64,000 bases of DNA from an uncultured delta proteobacterium (GTDB lineage Bacteria; Desulfobacterota; BSN033; UBA1163). Below the pieces are notes generated by a model. It had not been told where the DNA came from and made no database searches. It was given only the letters and a program-made list of their open reading frames with translations. The DNA lies in contig CAVPSJ010000011.1 of NCBI GenBank assembly GCA_963708295.1, positions 128,001 through 192,000 of the forward strand, in the 5' to 3' direction. Shown in pieces: positions 33,209 through 43,651 of this stretch (position 1 is its first letter; each line of letters starts with the position of its first letter). The position numbers were made by a program, and so were the translations under genes.

Positions 33209-33791
33209 GAAACAGAGGATGAAGGGATCTCTAAAACCAGAACGAAATAAGAAGGGATTCTGGTGGGTAATCCTATCGATGTTCTGCTTCTTTTTGATAG
33301 GAGGATGTGGAGAAGGAACACCTCCGCCCTCTACTCCTTCAAAAGTGAAGTCTCCCACCGTGGTAAAAAAGAAGGAAGAGCCGCCCAAGTTGGCCGAAAA
33401 AAAGGAGCCGGAGAAGAAGGAGGGAGCTGAATATTCATACAATCCTGTCGGAAAACCGGATCCCTTCCGGCCCTTCATCCAGTTGACTTCCGCCAAAGGA
33501 GGGTCTAAGACCGCTCCCCTCACTCCTTTGCAGAAATACGATATTAGCCAGTTAAAACTTGTAGCTATTATTTCCAACCCCAGCGGGAATATTGCTCTCG
33601 TCGAAGACGTTGCTGGAAAGGGATATTTTTTGAAAAAAGGAACATGGATTGGGAAAAATGACGGGAAGGTCACCAAGATCCTGAAGGATAAAGTGATCAT
33701 AGAAGAGGTTTATCAGGATATTTTTGGCCAAACCAAAACGAATGAGGTTTCAATATCTCTTCATAAAGCTGAAGAAGGAGGAGAATCATGA
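33186..33791 (+). CDS. pilP: Type IV pilus assembly lipoprotein PilP
   Basis: IGGC lipobox, Y.P.GK.DPF.P, PLQ.Y...QL.LV. Confidence 0.9.
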   Translation: MKRNPIRRKQRMKGSLKPERNKKGFWWVILSMFCFFLIGGCGEGTPPPSTPSKVKSPTVVKKKEEPPKLAEKKEPEKKEGAEYSYNPVGKPDPFRPFIQLTSAKGGSKTAPLTPLQKYDISQLKLVAIISNPSGNIALVEDVAGKGYFLKKGTWIGKNDGKVTKILKDKVIIEEVYQDIFGQTKTNEVSISLHKAEEGGES

Positions 33792-36568
33792 GACGTTTTC
33801 AAATCCTTAAAGTGACCTTGGGAGTTGTTCTATTGCTCTTTATAGCAGGGTGTGCGACTAAGACCGCTACGACGCAAACGGCCAAACCGGATATGTCCAC
33901 GCCGCCGGTAGCAAAGGTATCGATGATCAAAAAGATATCCTTTACTGAGGAACAAAATTATACGAGAATTCAAATTGAAGGGTCTGAGCCCATTGCCCCC
34001 CCGTTCTATAAATTATTGTCCGATCCTCTCAGGATTACCATCGATGTTCCGAACATTGATCTAAAACAGATTAAAAGCCCCCTTAGAATTGAAAACGGAA
34101 CGATCGGGGACGTTCTGACAACACAGTATGATGACAAAGGAAGAATTGAAATCAGTCTCCTTCAGATGACCAACTATAATATCTCAAACGAAGAGAAGGA
34201 TCTCATCATTGATGTTGAAAAAGTGAAAAAAGCCGAAGAAACGAAGGAAATCAGAAAAGAGGAAGAGACCTTAAAGGAAACAAAAGTCGAAGCTCCCGTT
34301 CCGGAGCCCAAGAAAGAAGAAATCCCTCCCGCACCGCCACCTCTGAACAAGGCCACGAAAGTGGTCAATGTTTCCTTTGAGGAGAGAAAAGATTTTGTTG
34401 TTTTCAACATCCTGGCCGACGGGAAAATCGAGAACTTCAACGCCTTCAAGTTGGATTCCCCCCCAAGATTGGTTCTGGACATTTGGGGAGTGGATACCCG
34501 AAAGAGTTCTTTTAAGGTCAAAAACCCCTTAATCAAAGGGGTTCGCGTTGGGCATTACCAGGATAAACTGAGGTTGGTTTTTGATTCCTCCAAACCGCAA
34601 CTCCCGCCCTATCAAGTCAACCGGATTGATGATAAGCTGATGGTTTCCCTTGGAAATATTCCACAACTCTCTGAACCCCAGATCTATGTCCCGGAAAAAT
34701 CGGCGAGGGAATCCTCTGTGGTTCCACAAGGTCAAGCAGGAAGTCGACCGAACATGGGTAAGCCGGGCACTCTGACAAGTGTCGATTTTAAACGAATGGA
34801 TGATAAATCGAGAGTCATCCTCTCCCTTTCCTCAGAGGATCTTCAGGTTGAATCATCCAGCCCTTCCAAAAATATGATCGCTATTGATGTCAGGAATACA
34901 TCGGCCCCAAAACGTCTTCTGAAGGGGATTGATGCGAGTGGTTTCGAGAGCGTCGTGAACTATATCGATCTCAAAAACGTTAAGATTGGAAAAGGCCAGG
35001 ATGTCCGGGTATCCGTTAGATTGCGAGAAGAGGCCTCCTATGAAACAATCAAGGAAGGCAAAGAAATCTTTATCGATATCAAAGAAAGAAACAAGAAGAT
35101 CGAGGCAAAGACAGCGGTCCCGCCAGAAATAAAGCAAGAGGAGGGGGCTGAGGGAAAAAAAGAAGAAGGAGTGAAGAAACAGAACGAGGTCAAGAATGAA
35201 GAGAAACCCGCACCGGAAATGAAGAATCAGGAAATGAAGGCTGCAGAAAAACCCATCCCTCCAACCCCGATAGCGAAGAGAGTAAAGGTAGAAGAGGAGA
35301 GTAAGGTTTTTGGGGGCGACCCCCAAAAAGTCTATTCAGGAAGAAAATTATCTCTCGATTTCAAAGACGCGGATATAAAGAACATCCTCCGGTTGATTGC
35401 CGAGGTAAGCAACTTGAATATCATCGTAGCGGATGAGGTGACCGGAAAGATTACCATGAGGTTGGTAGACGTGCCCTGGGATCAAGCGCTTGATATTATT
35501 CTGCAATCCAAGCGTCTCGATAAGAGACAGACCGGGAATGTGGTACGAATTGCCCCCGTAGATGCGCTGAGAAAGGAAGACCAGGCCAGTCTAGAAGAGC
35601 TGAAATCGAAGGAGAGACTCGAACCGATGGTGAACGAGCTGATCCAGGTCAACTATGCTACGGCCAAAGAGATCATGCCCCAGTTGAAGAGCATTCTGAG
35701 CGAACGGGGGGATGTCAAAGTAGATGACCGGACAAATACGTTAATCATAAAAGACGTCTCCAAAAACATTCCAGCCGCTAAAAAACTGGTAAAGTTCTTG
35801 GATACAAAAACGCCCTTGGTCTTAATTGAGGCAAGAATTATCGAGGCCAACCTCTCTTTCCAAAGAGAATTGGGTGTGCAATGGGGGATGCTGATGGGAG
35901 GGGGAAAGGCGACGGTAGGAGGAGGTACTACGGGCACGGCTTTGGGAAGCGCTGTCAATAGGGTTGTTGATCTCGCGGCAACTCCACGATCAGGCCTAGG
36001 AGGCGGAGGTCTCGGGGCGGCGGGGATCCTTTCTGCTATTTTCAGCAGAGGAACGATACAAGAGATCGACATCACCCTTTCCGCCCATGAAAACCAAGGC
36101 AATGCTAAAATCATCTCAAGCCCCAAGATCGCAACTCTTGATAACAAAGAAGCGTCGATTGAGCAGGGGCTTAGGATTCCCTACCTGAAGCTGACCACTG
36201 AAGGAACCGTTACAACCGACTTTATTGACGCCAATATCAAGTTGACCGTGACCCCTCACGTGACAAACGATGGGACCATCAAATTGATTCTTAAGGTGAA
36301 GAAGGATGCCCCGGATCAATCTATCACGGTCCAAGGGGTCCCCAGCATTGATAAGAAAGAGGCGATCTCAGAGGTCCTGATCAAAGATGGCGGAGTCGTT
36401 GCGATTGCAGGGATTTACTCGATCCAAAAGAATGATGGAATGGAAGGCGTCCCTCTCTTTAGTAAGATCCCTCTATTGGGCTGGCTGTTTAAGAGAGAGA
36501 ACAAGGAGGACACCCGAAAGGATTTGTTAATCTTCATCTCGCCAAGAATCATGAAGGATGAAGTTTGA
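33788..36568 (+). CDS. pilQ: Type IV pilus secretin PilQ with N-terminal AMIN domains
   Basis: AMIN repeats (P.R..IDV), Y.GR..SLDFKDAD, VPWDQALD, VPL.SKIP.LGWLF. Confidence 0.95.
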   Translation: MRRFQILKVTLGVVLLLFIAGCATKTATTQTAKPDMSTPPVAKVSMIKKISFTEEQNYTRIQIEGSEPIAPPFYKLLSDPLRITIDVPNIDLKQIKSPLRIENGTIGDVLTTQYDDKGRIEISLLQMTNYNISNEEKDLIIDVEKVKKAEETKEIRKEEETLKETKVEAPVPEPKKEEIPPAPPPLNKATKVVNVSFEERKDFVVFNILADGKIENFNAFKLDSPPRLVLDIWGVDTRKSSFKVKNPLIKGVRVGHYQDKLRLVFDSSKPQLPPYQVNRIDDKLMVSLGNIPQLSEPQIYVPEKSARESSVVPQGQAGSRPNMGKPGTLTSVDFKRMDDKSRVILSLSSEDLQVESSSPSKNMIAIDVRNTSAPKRLLKGIDASGFESVVNYIDLKNVKIGKGQDVRVSVRLREEASYETIKEGKEIFIDIKERNKKIEAKTAVPPEIKQEEGAEGKKEEGVKKQNEVKNEEKPAPEMKNQEMKAAEKPIPPTPIAKRVKVEEESKVFGGDPQKVYSGRKLSLDFKDADIKNILRLIAEVSNLNIIVADEVTGKITMRLVDVPWDQALDIILQSKRLDKRQTGNVVRIAPVDALRKEDQASLEELKSKERLEPMVNELIQVNYATAKEIMPQLKSILSERGDVKVDDRTNTLIIKDVSKNIPAAKKLVKFLDTKTPLVLIEARIIEANLSFQRELGVQWGMLMGGGKATVGGGTTGTALGSAVNRVVDLAATPRSGLGGGGLGAAGILSAIFSRGTIQEIDITLSAHENQGNAKIISSPKIATLDNKEASIEQGLRIPYLKLTTEGTVTTDFIDANIKLTVTPHVTNDGTIKLILKVKKDAPDQSITVQGVPSIDKKEAISEVLIKDGGVVAIAGIYSIQKNDGMEGVPLFSKIPLLGWLFKRENKEDTRKDLLIFISPRIMKDEV

Positions 36569-36682
36569 CCGGCAAGTGCCCCGTCCCGCCAAAGCGGGGT
36601 AGGCGCGGGGTCAAGGGACAAAATTAGAAAGATATTTGTTTGCTGGGCCTCCCGTTCACCACTGCGTGCCCGGGAGGCCCAG
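36565..36682. repeat. Pair of GC-rich hairpins between convergent pilQ and pyrD (REP-like/terminator)
   Basis: TTGACC..CCCGC-CAAA-GCGGG..GGTCAA (36565-36614) and 12-bp stem CTGGGCCTCCCG/CGGGAGGCCCAG (36643-36682). Confidence 0.55.
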
Positions 36683-36752
36683 GCCTTTGGTCAGAGAGCT
36701 TCAAAAGAAGCCCCTTGGCGCTTTTCCTCAGGATCCATCAGGGGGTATTTAT

Positions 36753-37667
36753 TTATCCAAACGTGCCAGTTAATTTCTGAATACTGTCTATTTTATTCCG
36801 GGTGAGGTATTCTCTTATCCCGCGAACCACCTCTAGCCCTGTTCTTGGATTAATTAGATTGGCCGTTCCAATTTGAACCGCTGAAGCCCCCACCAGAATG
36901 AATTCAATCGCATCCTCGGCATTCATGATGCCTCCCATCCCAATGACAGGAATGCTCACGGCTTGACCGACTTCCCAGACCATCCTCAACGCAATCGGTT
37001 TGATCGCTGGACCTGAGAGGCCTCCAATGATATTACCCAATTCTGGTTTTTGGGTATGGATATTCACGGCCAGAGCCCGGAAAGTGTTCACAAGCGAGAC
37101 AGCATCTGCTCCTCCCTCCTCAACACTCTTAGCCATCAAAGCAATATCTGTAACGTTCGGTGACAACTTTACAATCAAAGTCAACGCTGTCGATTTTCTT
37201 ACTGCCCTCACAAGGTGATAGGCCATTTGGGGATCGGTACCGAAAACAATTCCGCCTTTCTTAACATTGGGGCAGGAAATATTCATCTCAAGGCCTGAAA
37301 TGCCTGTGACGTCATCAAAACGCCTTGCGAGTTCAACATACTCTTTTTGGGTATTCCCAAAAAAGTTGATGATCAGATGGGTTTCTAAGTTCTTATAATA
37401 GGGTAATTTATTCTTGATGAACTGTCGAAATCCGGGATTTTGAAGCCCGATGGAATTGATAATCCCCCCTTCTGTCTCAAAGATTCGAGGCGGAGGATTT
37501 CCCGCCATGGGTTTCAATGAAATCCCTTTCGGGATGATAGCCCCCAGACGACTCAGGTCGAAAAAATCCTCAAATTCCTCGCCAAACCCAAAGGTCCCCG
37601 AAGAAGCGACCACGGGGTTCCTCAGCATCATTTTCCCGATTCTTACTGTGAGATCAAGCTCTTCCAT
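36753..37667 (-). CDS. pyrD: Dihydroorotate dehydrogenase family 1B catalytic subunit
   Basis: ASSGTFG, NSIGLQNPG, NISCPN, KLSPN, GGLSGPAIKP. Confidence 0.95.
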   Translation of the reverse strand: MEELDLTVRIGKMMLRNPVVASSGTFGFGEEFEDFFDLSRLGAIIPKGISLKPMAGNPPPRIFETEGGIINSIGLQNPGFRQFIKNKLPYYKNLETHLIINFFGNTQKEYVELARRFDDVTGISGLEMNISCPNVKKGGIVFGTDPQMAYHLVRAVRKSTALTLIVKLSPNVTDIALMAKSVEEGGADAVSLVNTFRALAVNIHTQKPELGNIIGGLSGPAIKPIALRMVWEVGQAVSIPVIGMGGIMNAEDAIEFILVGASAVQIGTANLINPRTGLEVVRGIREYLTRNKIDSIQKLTGTFG

Positions 37668-37677
37668 AAAACCGTGC

Positions 37678-38502
37678 TTATTCCCAGGCGACGTCTTCTA
37701 TGCGAAAAACGGGACCTTCTTGGCAGACCCGTTGGTAGAGTTTCTTTGGATTTTTCATCCTGACCACACATCCCCAACATGCCCCAAAACCACATCCCAT
37801 TCTTGCCTCCAAGGAAACCTGACAGATAAATTTCTTGGATTTGATAGTTCCTGCCAGCGCCTTTAACATCGGGACCGGCCCGCAGGCATAGACATAGCAT
37901 CCTTCATTTTTCCTGAATTTTCTTGTCTCAGAGATGAATAGATCAACGACCGTTCCTTGAACACCCAGACTTCCGTCTTCTGTGGCTGTCAAGATAGTTG
38001 AATTGAGTTTTCCAAAATCCTCCACACCCAAAATATCATTCCGTGTCTTTCCCCCGATCAAGACCGATAGTTTTCCGTCCTTCAGTGCCTCGGCCAGGGG
38101 ATACAGCGAGACGATCCCTACTCCTCCTCCAATAAGAATACAATTGGCAGAAGAGGGGAGGGGAGGGAGGGTAAAACCGTTTCCCAAAGGGCCGATGAGA
38201 TTCACCCTTTGTCCGTTGCTCAAGGTGGTCATTTTTTGAGTTCCTCTTCCCATCTTTTTGTAAAAGATGAACAGATAACCTCTTTTTCTCCTTTCCGGAT
38301 GGCTGAGGGGGTAGCTTTTGTAAACGCTAAACGGACGTCTCAAAAGGGGGGAGGCATTGTCAGAAACCCTGAGCATCACAAATTGGCCGGGCTTGATTTG
38401 ATTGGCAATCGGAGGGCAATAAATCTCAAGTATAAAGTAGTGAGATCTTATCTTCTTGTTCCTTACAACCATTCCATCTGTCTGTAGGGGCATCATCTTC
38501 AA
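37678..38502 (-). CDS. pyrK: Dihydroorotate dehydrogenase electron transfer subunit
   Basis: LRRPFS, GPLGNGF, ACGP, MGCGFGACWGC...VC.EGPVF. Confidence 0.93.
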   Translation of the reverse strand: MKMMPLQTDGMVVRNKKIRSHYFILEIYCPPIANQIKPGQFVMLRVSDNASPLLRRPFSVYKSYPLSHPERRKRGYLFIFYKKMGRGTQKMTTLSNGQRVNLIGPLGNGFTLPPLPSSANCILIGGGVGIVSLYPLAEALKDGKLSVLIGGKTRNDILGVEDFGKLNSTILTATEDGSLGVQGTVVDLFISETRKFRKNEGCYVYACGPVPMLKALAGTIKSKKFICQVSLEARMGCGFGACWGCVVRMKNPKKLYQRVCQEGPVFRIEDVAWE

Positions 38503-38972
38503 ATTGTCTTCGTCATCAGGAGAGCATCGAATTTTCCCTGGTAAAAGTTTTTTCTCACCCCCGTGGACTCATAGGAAAACAACCGATAGAGGCGGATCGC
38601 CGGTTGGTTCGAAATATGGACTTCGAGATGCAACGTTTTAATTCTCCTTCGACGGCTAAACTCGACATAAAATCCCATCAGCCTCTTGCCGACACCCAAT
38701 CGTCTGTAATCGGAATGTACGCAAATTTTAAAAAGCTCGGATTCTTCCGCCACATTGCGAAAACATATAAAACCCATTAGCCGCTGTTTACCGCGGTCTT
38801 CAATCTTCATTACAAAACAATATCCAAAAGGGTTCCTCATCTCTCCAACGAACATGTTCTTGGACCAACGGGTGTCGGGGTTGGGACTTTCTAACGCAAT
38901 GACCTCATCCAGGTCCTGGATACCCATTTCTTGAATCGTGACTTTTTCCCATTCCACTTTTTCAAAACCCAC
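38499..38972 (-). CDS. rimI: Ribosomal-protein alanine N-acetyltransferase (GNAT)
   Basis: RRLGVG, LEV..SN..A..LY, RK.FY...DAL.M. Confidence 0.85.
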   Translation of the reverse strand: MGFEKVEWEKVTIQEMGIQDLDEVIALESPNPDTRWSKNMFVGEMRNPFGYCFVMKIEDRGKQRLMGFICFRNVAEESELFKICVHSDYRRLGVGKRLMGFYVEFSRRRRIKTLHLEVHISNQPAIRLYRLFSYESTGVRKNFYQGKFDALLMTKTI

Positions 38973-38997
38973 GGAAAATCAAGGAAAGCGAGCCGGA

Positions 38998-40902
38998 TCA
39001 ATGGGATTCCATCCGATTCAATAATTCCTTCGCTGCTTTCCTCATATCCTCATCTTTGGATTGGTCGAGGATGATCAGGTAGGATTTTTTGGCCTCTTCA
39101 TATTTTCCCCCTCGCCTTTTCAGATTCCCGATTTCCAAATGGGTCAGAAAGAACCAGGAGGAGGTCCCTTCTAAATATCGCATCGCAGTTTCGAAATTTT
39201 GAAGGGCTTTTTCAAATTTCCCTTCCTGATAGAATATTTCCCCCAAGCTGAAGTAGGCCTGGCCGAATAATTCTAAGATGTTCCCCTTTAGGATGATCGA
39301 GTAATACTGGACCGCTTCAACAATATTCTTTTTGCTAAAACTTATATTTCCTAATTGCAACGCGGCGTGGTAGAAAAGGGGATGATCCGGAAAATCTTCA
39401 AGGACTTTCTTAAAAGCATTTTCGGCTTTGTCCTGCTCGCCTCGAAGGGCATAGACACCCCCTATCTGAGTCAGTGCAAAAAGCTGCCAAACATTTTTCT
39501 TGCCTTGGCGGGCAGCGAGGCTGTACGTTTCTAAGGCCTGGTCCAGATTCCCCGATTTGGCAAGACATTCGCCCTTGATAAACAAGCCCTCTTCAACATA
39601 TCTGGAATTTGGGAATTCGAGAAGCAAAATATCTAAATTGGTGATGGATTCTCTAAGCTTATTTTCGAGGAAATATCCATTTCCGATCTGGAAGAGCGCT
39701 TTTTCCCTAAACCGCGTATTGAGGATGTTGAAATAATAGGGCAGGGCTTCCGATACCTCCCCTTCGGTAAAAAACATTTCAGCGTTTAACCATTGGATGA
39801 ATGCTTTCTCATCTTCGAAATGGTCCAGTTTTTGTAACCGTTGAAAAATTCGATTGGCCCCCTCTCGGTCGCTCAATTGAATGTAGTTCCAATAAAGGGT
39901 CAGGAGGGAGATTCCTCCCCAGCTATTTCCTTGTGAGGCATTTAGTATGAAATTCAATTCCTTGATGGAAGACAAGTAATCACCGCCCGCCAGGAGCATT
40001 TTCCCCAGCAGATAATGAGTCGACAAAAGAAGGGGTGAGTCCTTAAATTGATTCTTAAATAATTGGAAGGCGTCGACAGCGTTCTTGACATTTCCAAGTT
40101 GATATTCGCAAAAACCTATCCTCCACGCGACTTCAGGGGCAAGAGGATCATTCTTAAATCGACCCTGAAAGGTCTGGTAGCAACGGTTAGCTTCACTCAT
40201 CCTGCCTAATTTTAATTGCGACTCCCCCAGCCAGAACAAAGTATATTTTACGTATCCCGCGGGAAGGGATTTAGGGTTTTCCCATAAGGTCTGAAAATAC
40301 CCAGCTGCCGTTTCATATTGCTTCTGTTTGAAGGATACGAGCCCTAACCAGAACAGGGAGGACCGTATGAGCTCAACATCCTTCGAAGATTGGGAAGCTT
40401 TCTTTAGAGTTGACTCCGCCGCTGTCAATTGATTTGCTTCAAGCTCAAGCAACCCCAGGAGATAGTAGGAGCGATCGAGCTGGTCAAATTTCGTGTACCT
40501 CCTGATGATGGACTCGAGAAGTTTCGTCGCCTCCTCCCGGTTGCCTAGTCTAATCTCCAGCTCTGCCATTCCCAGAAGAGCGTCATCCATGTTTTCAAAG
40601 CTCTTCGCGTCATTGATAATCCTGAAAAAAAACGCCCTGGCTTCCCTCAATTTTCCCTTGATAACTAAAGTCCTGCCCAGAAGATAATAAATGTCAAATA
40701 CCCTGGAATGCTTGGGATAATTCGTTATGAAATTCGTGAACTGTCTCTCGGCTATGTCATAAAGGCCATCCTTAAACGCCCCAGTTCCAACCCATATTAA
40801 TTGTTCATCTTCGTTCAAGGTTTTGGAATGGCCTTCCGGAACATGAAAAACGCCATAGACGAAAACACTGAGAAGTAAGCAAAAGGTTATCTGCCTCTTC
40901 AT
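38998..40902 (-). CDS. Exported tetratricopeptide-repeat protein
   Basis: Signal peptide followed by many TPR units (YbgF/BamD-like F...YP.S). Confidence 0.8.
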   Translation of the reverse strand: MKRQITFCLLLSVFVYGVFHVPEGHSKTLNEDEQLIWVGTGAFKDGLYDIAERQFTNFITNYPKHSRVFDIYYLLGRTLVIKGKLREARAFFFRIINDAKSFENMDDALLGMAELEIRLGNREEATKLLESIIRRYTKFDQLDRSYYLLGLLELEANQLTAAESTLKKASQSSKDVELIRSSLFWLGLVSFKQKQYETAAGYFQTLWENPKSLPAGYVKYTLFWLGESQLKLGRMSEANRCYQTFQGRFKNDPLAPEVAWRIGFCEYQLGNVKNAVDAFQLFKNQFKDSPLLLSTHYLLGKMLLAGGDYLSSIKELNFILNASQGNSWGGISLLTLYWNYIQLSDREGANRIFQRLQKLDHFEDEKAFIQWLNAEMFFTEGEVSEALPYYFNILNTRFREKALFQIGNGYFLENKLRESITNLDILLLEFPNSRYVEEGLFIKGECLAKSGNLDQALETYSLAARQGKKNVWQLFALTQIGGVYALRGEQDKAENAFKKVLEDFPDHPLFYHAALQLGNISFSKKNIVEAVQYYSIILKGNILELFGQAYFSLGEIFYQEGKFEKALQNFETAMRYLEGTSSWFFLTHLEIGNLKRRGGKYEEAKKSYLIILDQSKDEDMRKAAKELLNRMESH

Positions 40903-41507
40903 TTTAGATGGGATTCCTCATTCTTTCTGATCGACCGTAATTCTTCCGGTGTATTCACATTGATGAATGATTCTCCTCCGGGATCATAGCGAAGGAAATC
41001 TTTCTCATCGACGATCTTGACCTTAACCTGGTCGTAGATATCGACAATCTTAGATTTTCCTTCATCAATCATTCTCCTTATCGGTTTGACGCAGTTCTTA
41101 GAATAGATTGCATGTAAAGGCTCTAATCCATCTTTTGTCCGTGGGATAACGACATCTGCATCGTCTATCTTTTCAATCAAATATTGGACCAGGGATTTCT
41201 TTATAAACGGCATGTCACAGGCGACACAAAAGGAATGCTGAAAGGAAGCGAAAACAATTCCTGTGTACAAACCTCCTAAGGCGCCTTTGCCCGGAATGAG
41301 GTCTGAAAAAATCTTCGAGTCAAACCCTGAAAACAAATCTTTTTGATTGGTAACGATAATCACTTCCCGAAAGAGTCCTTTAAATAAGTCGTAAATTCTC
41401 TTGATAATAGGGACTCCTTCAATCTGGATGAAAGCTTTATTTTCTCCCATCCGGACGCTTTTGCCGCCGCAAAGAATGATGCCCGTGATTTCTCTCTTGG
41501 ATTCCAA
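40899..41507 (-). CDS. mobA: Molybdenum cofactor guanylyltransferase
   Basis: ILCGGKS.RMG.NKA, ACDMPF, EPL.A.Y, N.NTPE. Confidence 0.92.
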   Translation of the reverse strand: MESKREITGIILCGGKSVRMGENKAFIQIEGVPIIKRIYDLFKGLFREVIIVTNQKDLFSGFDSKIFSDLIPGKGALGGLYTGIVFASFQHSFCVACDMPFIKKSLVQYLIEKIDDADVVIPRTKDGLEPLHAIYSKNCVKPIRRMIDEGKSKIVDIYDQVKVKIVDEKDFLRYDPGGESFINVNTPEELRSIRKNEESHLK

Positions 41508-41540
41508 GATAGTGTCTGATAAGATATATTATGTTAACTT

Positions 41541-42644
41541 TTAATTCCCCGCCTTGAAAAATCCCTTCCAACCATTCTCTCCCCTATCTTTCTTTTTACT
41601 CAACCCCTCAAATTCCCTTAATATCTCTTCCTGCCTTTTCGTCAAATTATTGGGTGTCTTCACGATAATCTGTACAATTTGATCTCCTCGACCATAACCT
41701 CTTGTTCTTGGAAAACCTTCTCCTTTTATCCTTAAGATCTGCCCACTTTCAATTCCTTTCGGTATGTCAAGATTTCCCTTCCCGGTTAAGGTGGGAACTT
41801 CTATTTCGGTTCCTAGCGCAGCTTGCGGGAAGCTTATGGGTATTTGGCAAATAAGGTCATCCCCCTCCCGCGAAAAAAAATCATGCGCCTCTACAAAAAT
41901 GAAAACGAAAAGGTCTCCGGGAGGGCCTCCTTTTTCTCCTTCCTCACCTTCACCGCGAATTCTAATCTTCGATCCTGTATCAACACCCGGAGGAATTTTT
42001 ATCTGGATTTTTCTTGTTTTTCTCACTTTTCCATGTCCGCGGCATTCCTTACAGGGATGAGGGATAATATTTCCTTCTCCGCGGCACTGGCTACAAGTCG
42101 TGCTGATTGTGAAAAAACCCTGAGAGCGCGTAACCTGCCCTGTTCCTTTGCAATTCGGGCAATGGGTAGGATACGTCCCGGGTTTAGCTCCAGTTCCGGT
42201 GCAGACTTCACATGGAACATTCTTCGGTATTTCAATCTCTGCTTCCTTACCGGAGGCAGCCTCATAGAATGATATCTTTAGATCATATCTTAAGTCCGCT
42301 CCAGGACGAGCCCTCGTTCTGCGTCTCCCGGTGGTTCCAAAACCAAAAAAATCTTCAAATATGTCCCCGAAGGTAGAGAAAATATCTTCGAATCCCCTAA
42401 ACCCCGTAAACCCGGTGCCTTTCAAACCTTCTATCCCATAGCGATCATAAATGTCCCTTTTTTCCGGGTCTCTGAGAACTTCGTAAGCCTCTGAGGCTAT
42501 TTTAAACTTTTCCTCTGCCTCTTTGTCACCGGGATTTCTGTCCGGATGGTACTGCATCGCAATCTTGCGGTAACTCTTCTTTACCTGGTCCTCAGTAGCA
42601 TCCTTTGAGACGCCAAGAATATTATAATAGTTTTTCTCTTCCAT
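41541..42644 (-). CDS. dnaJ: Molecular chaperone DnaJ
   Basis: HPD J-domain, G/F region, four CxxCxGxG repeats. Confidence 0.95.
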   Translation of the reverse strand: MEEKNYYNILGVSKDATEDQVKKSYRKIAMQYHPDRNPGDKEAEEKFKIASEAYEVLRDPEKRDIYDRYGIEGLKGTGFTGFRGFEDIFSTFGDIFEDFFGFGTTGRRRTRARPGADLRYDLKISFYEAASGKEAEIEIPKNVPCEVCTGTGAKPGTYPTHCPNCKGTGQVTRSQGFFTISTTCSQCRGEGNIIPHPCKECRGHGKVRKTRKIQIKIPPGVDTGSKIRIRGEGEEGEKGGPPGDLFVFIFVEAHDFFSREGDDLICQIPISFPQAALGTEIEVPTLTGKGNLDIPKGIESGQILRIKGEGFPRTRGYGRGDQIVQIIVKTPNNLTKRQEEILREFEGLSKKKDRGENGWKGFFKAGN

Positions 42645-42739
42645 AAATCCGTATGCTCATTCCCGTCTGAAAGAAACTCAGATCTTACACCCCGGAATTC
42701 ATCCGGAGTGTCGCACAAAGTCACCCGGTGGTGCATGAC

Positions 42740-43084
42740 CTATTTTTCGTATTTCTCAAGAATCTTGCCCGTTCTTCCACCTTCAACTATCTCATCCATT
42801 TTAGATCCCAGGTCAACGCCTAAATCTCTCATCTTTTTCTTAGCCCACAGCCCGACATTTCTCGAGTCCTTATAAAATCCATCGCTCTTTGGTTTTGACG
42901 GATCAAAGTTTGCTAACCGAGATTCTTCGGTTTGGTGGACGCGAAACGAAGAAACCAATTTAGTTAGGTTTCGGCTGTGGCAGTATTTACATCTGATTTT
43001 ATGAACTTCTTCCGTGTTAAGAATCAGCTCGCTGAATTCCCGCTTGCATTGCTCACAGCGATACTCATATATTGGCATGGTCAC
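42740..43084 (-). CDS. FmdB-family zinc-ribbon protein
   Basis: MPIYEYRC..C....C..C.S. Confidence 0.85.
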   Translation of the reverse strand: MTMPIYEYRCEQCKREFSELILNTEEVHKIRCKYCHSRNLTKLVSSFRVHQTEESRLANFDPSKPKSDGFYKDSRNVGLWAKKKMRDLGVDLGSKMDEIVEGGRTGKILEKYEK

Positions 43085-43314
43085 TTTCCTTTTGCCTTCT
43101 TTTTTGTCACTTTTTTCTTAAGCGATGCCTCACTCACCTCTCTTGATTCGGATTGATCTGAATCGGCTGCAGCCTCTTCAGGATTGAATAACTTGGCGCT
43201 TACATCCGGCAGTTTTGCTAGAAAAATCTCGTAATCTTTTTGAGTGATTACCCCGCTCTTCATATTCCTTGCAACATTCCTCTTGTCAAATTTCTTATCT
43301 TCGTCAATATGCAT
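43081..43314 (-). CDS. Small hypothetical protein
   Basis: RBS GAGGAG before ATG 43314; FDKR.V.RN...G.I...DY...L..LPD. Confidence 0.65.
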   Translation of the reverse strand: MHIDEDKKFDKRNVARNMKSGVITQKDYEIFLAKLPDVSAKLFNPEEAAADSDQSESREVSEASLKKKVTKKKAKGK

Positions 43315-43485
43315 ACCGTTCTCCTCGATTTTTTTTACATAATAAAAGTTAGCATAATTTCCCATTTCCTTCAAGATGTATTATAACATCTTGTTATTTA
43401 AAATACATTTTAGCGTGTCATTCCAATCGACGGATGATAGAGATTTTAGGGACAAGGTATACTTAGAGAAGATTGTACAAAATTG

Positions 43486-43514
43486 TTGACAAATTTCAAA
43501 AATGTCTATATTAA
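43486..43514 (+). promoter_or_regulatory. Probable sigma70 promoter for reductase-ketosynthase-sensor operon
   Basis: Perfect TTGACA followed by AT-rich TATATTAA -10 region. Confidence 0.5.
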
Positions 43515-43651
43515 TAAGGTCAGCCGTTTAATTGAAGTTCAGGGGGTGAACTCCGGAATCTCTTCGTTTTGCTATTCATTCTGATGAAATTCCACGTCTG
43601 TGCGTCTTTCAGGATTTCTTGACTGCCCCCCAGAGGAGGATCGGCCCAAGG

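Noticed and set aside
42645-42740. CIRCE element upstream of dnaJ
   Set aside because: Only a short CCGGA/TCCGG hairpin; no TTAGCACTC-N9-GAGTGCTAA.
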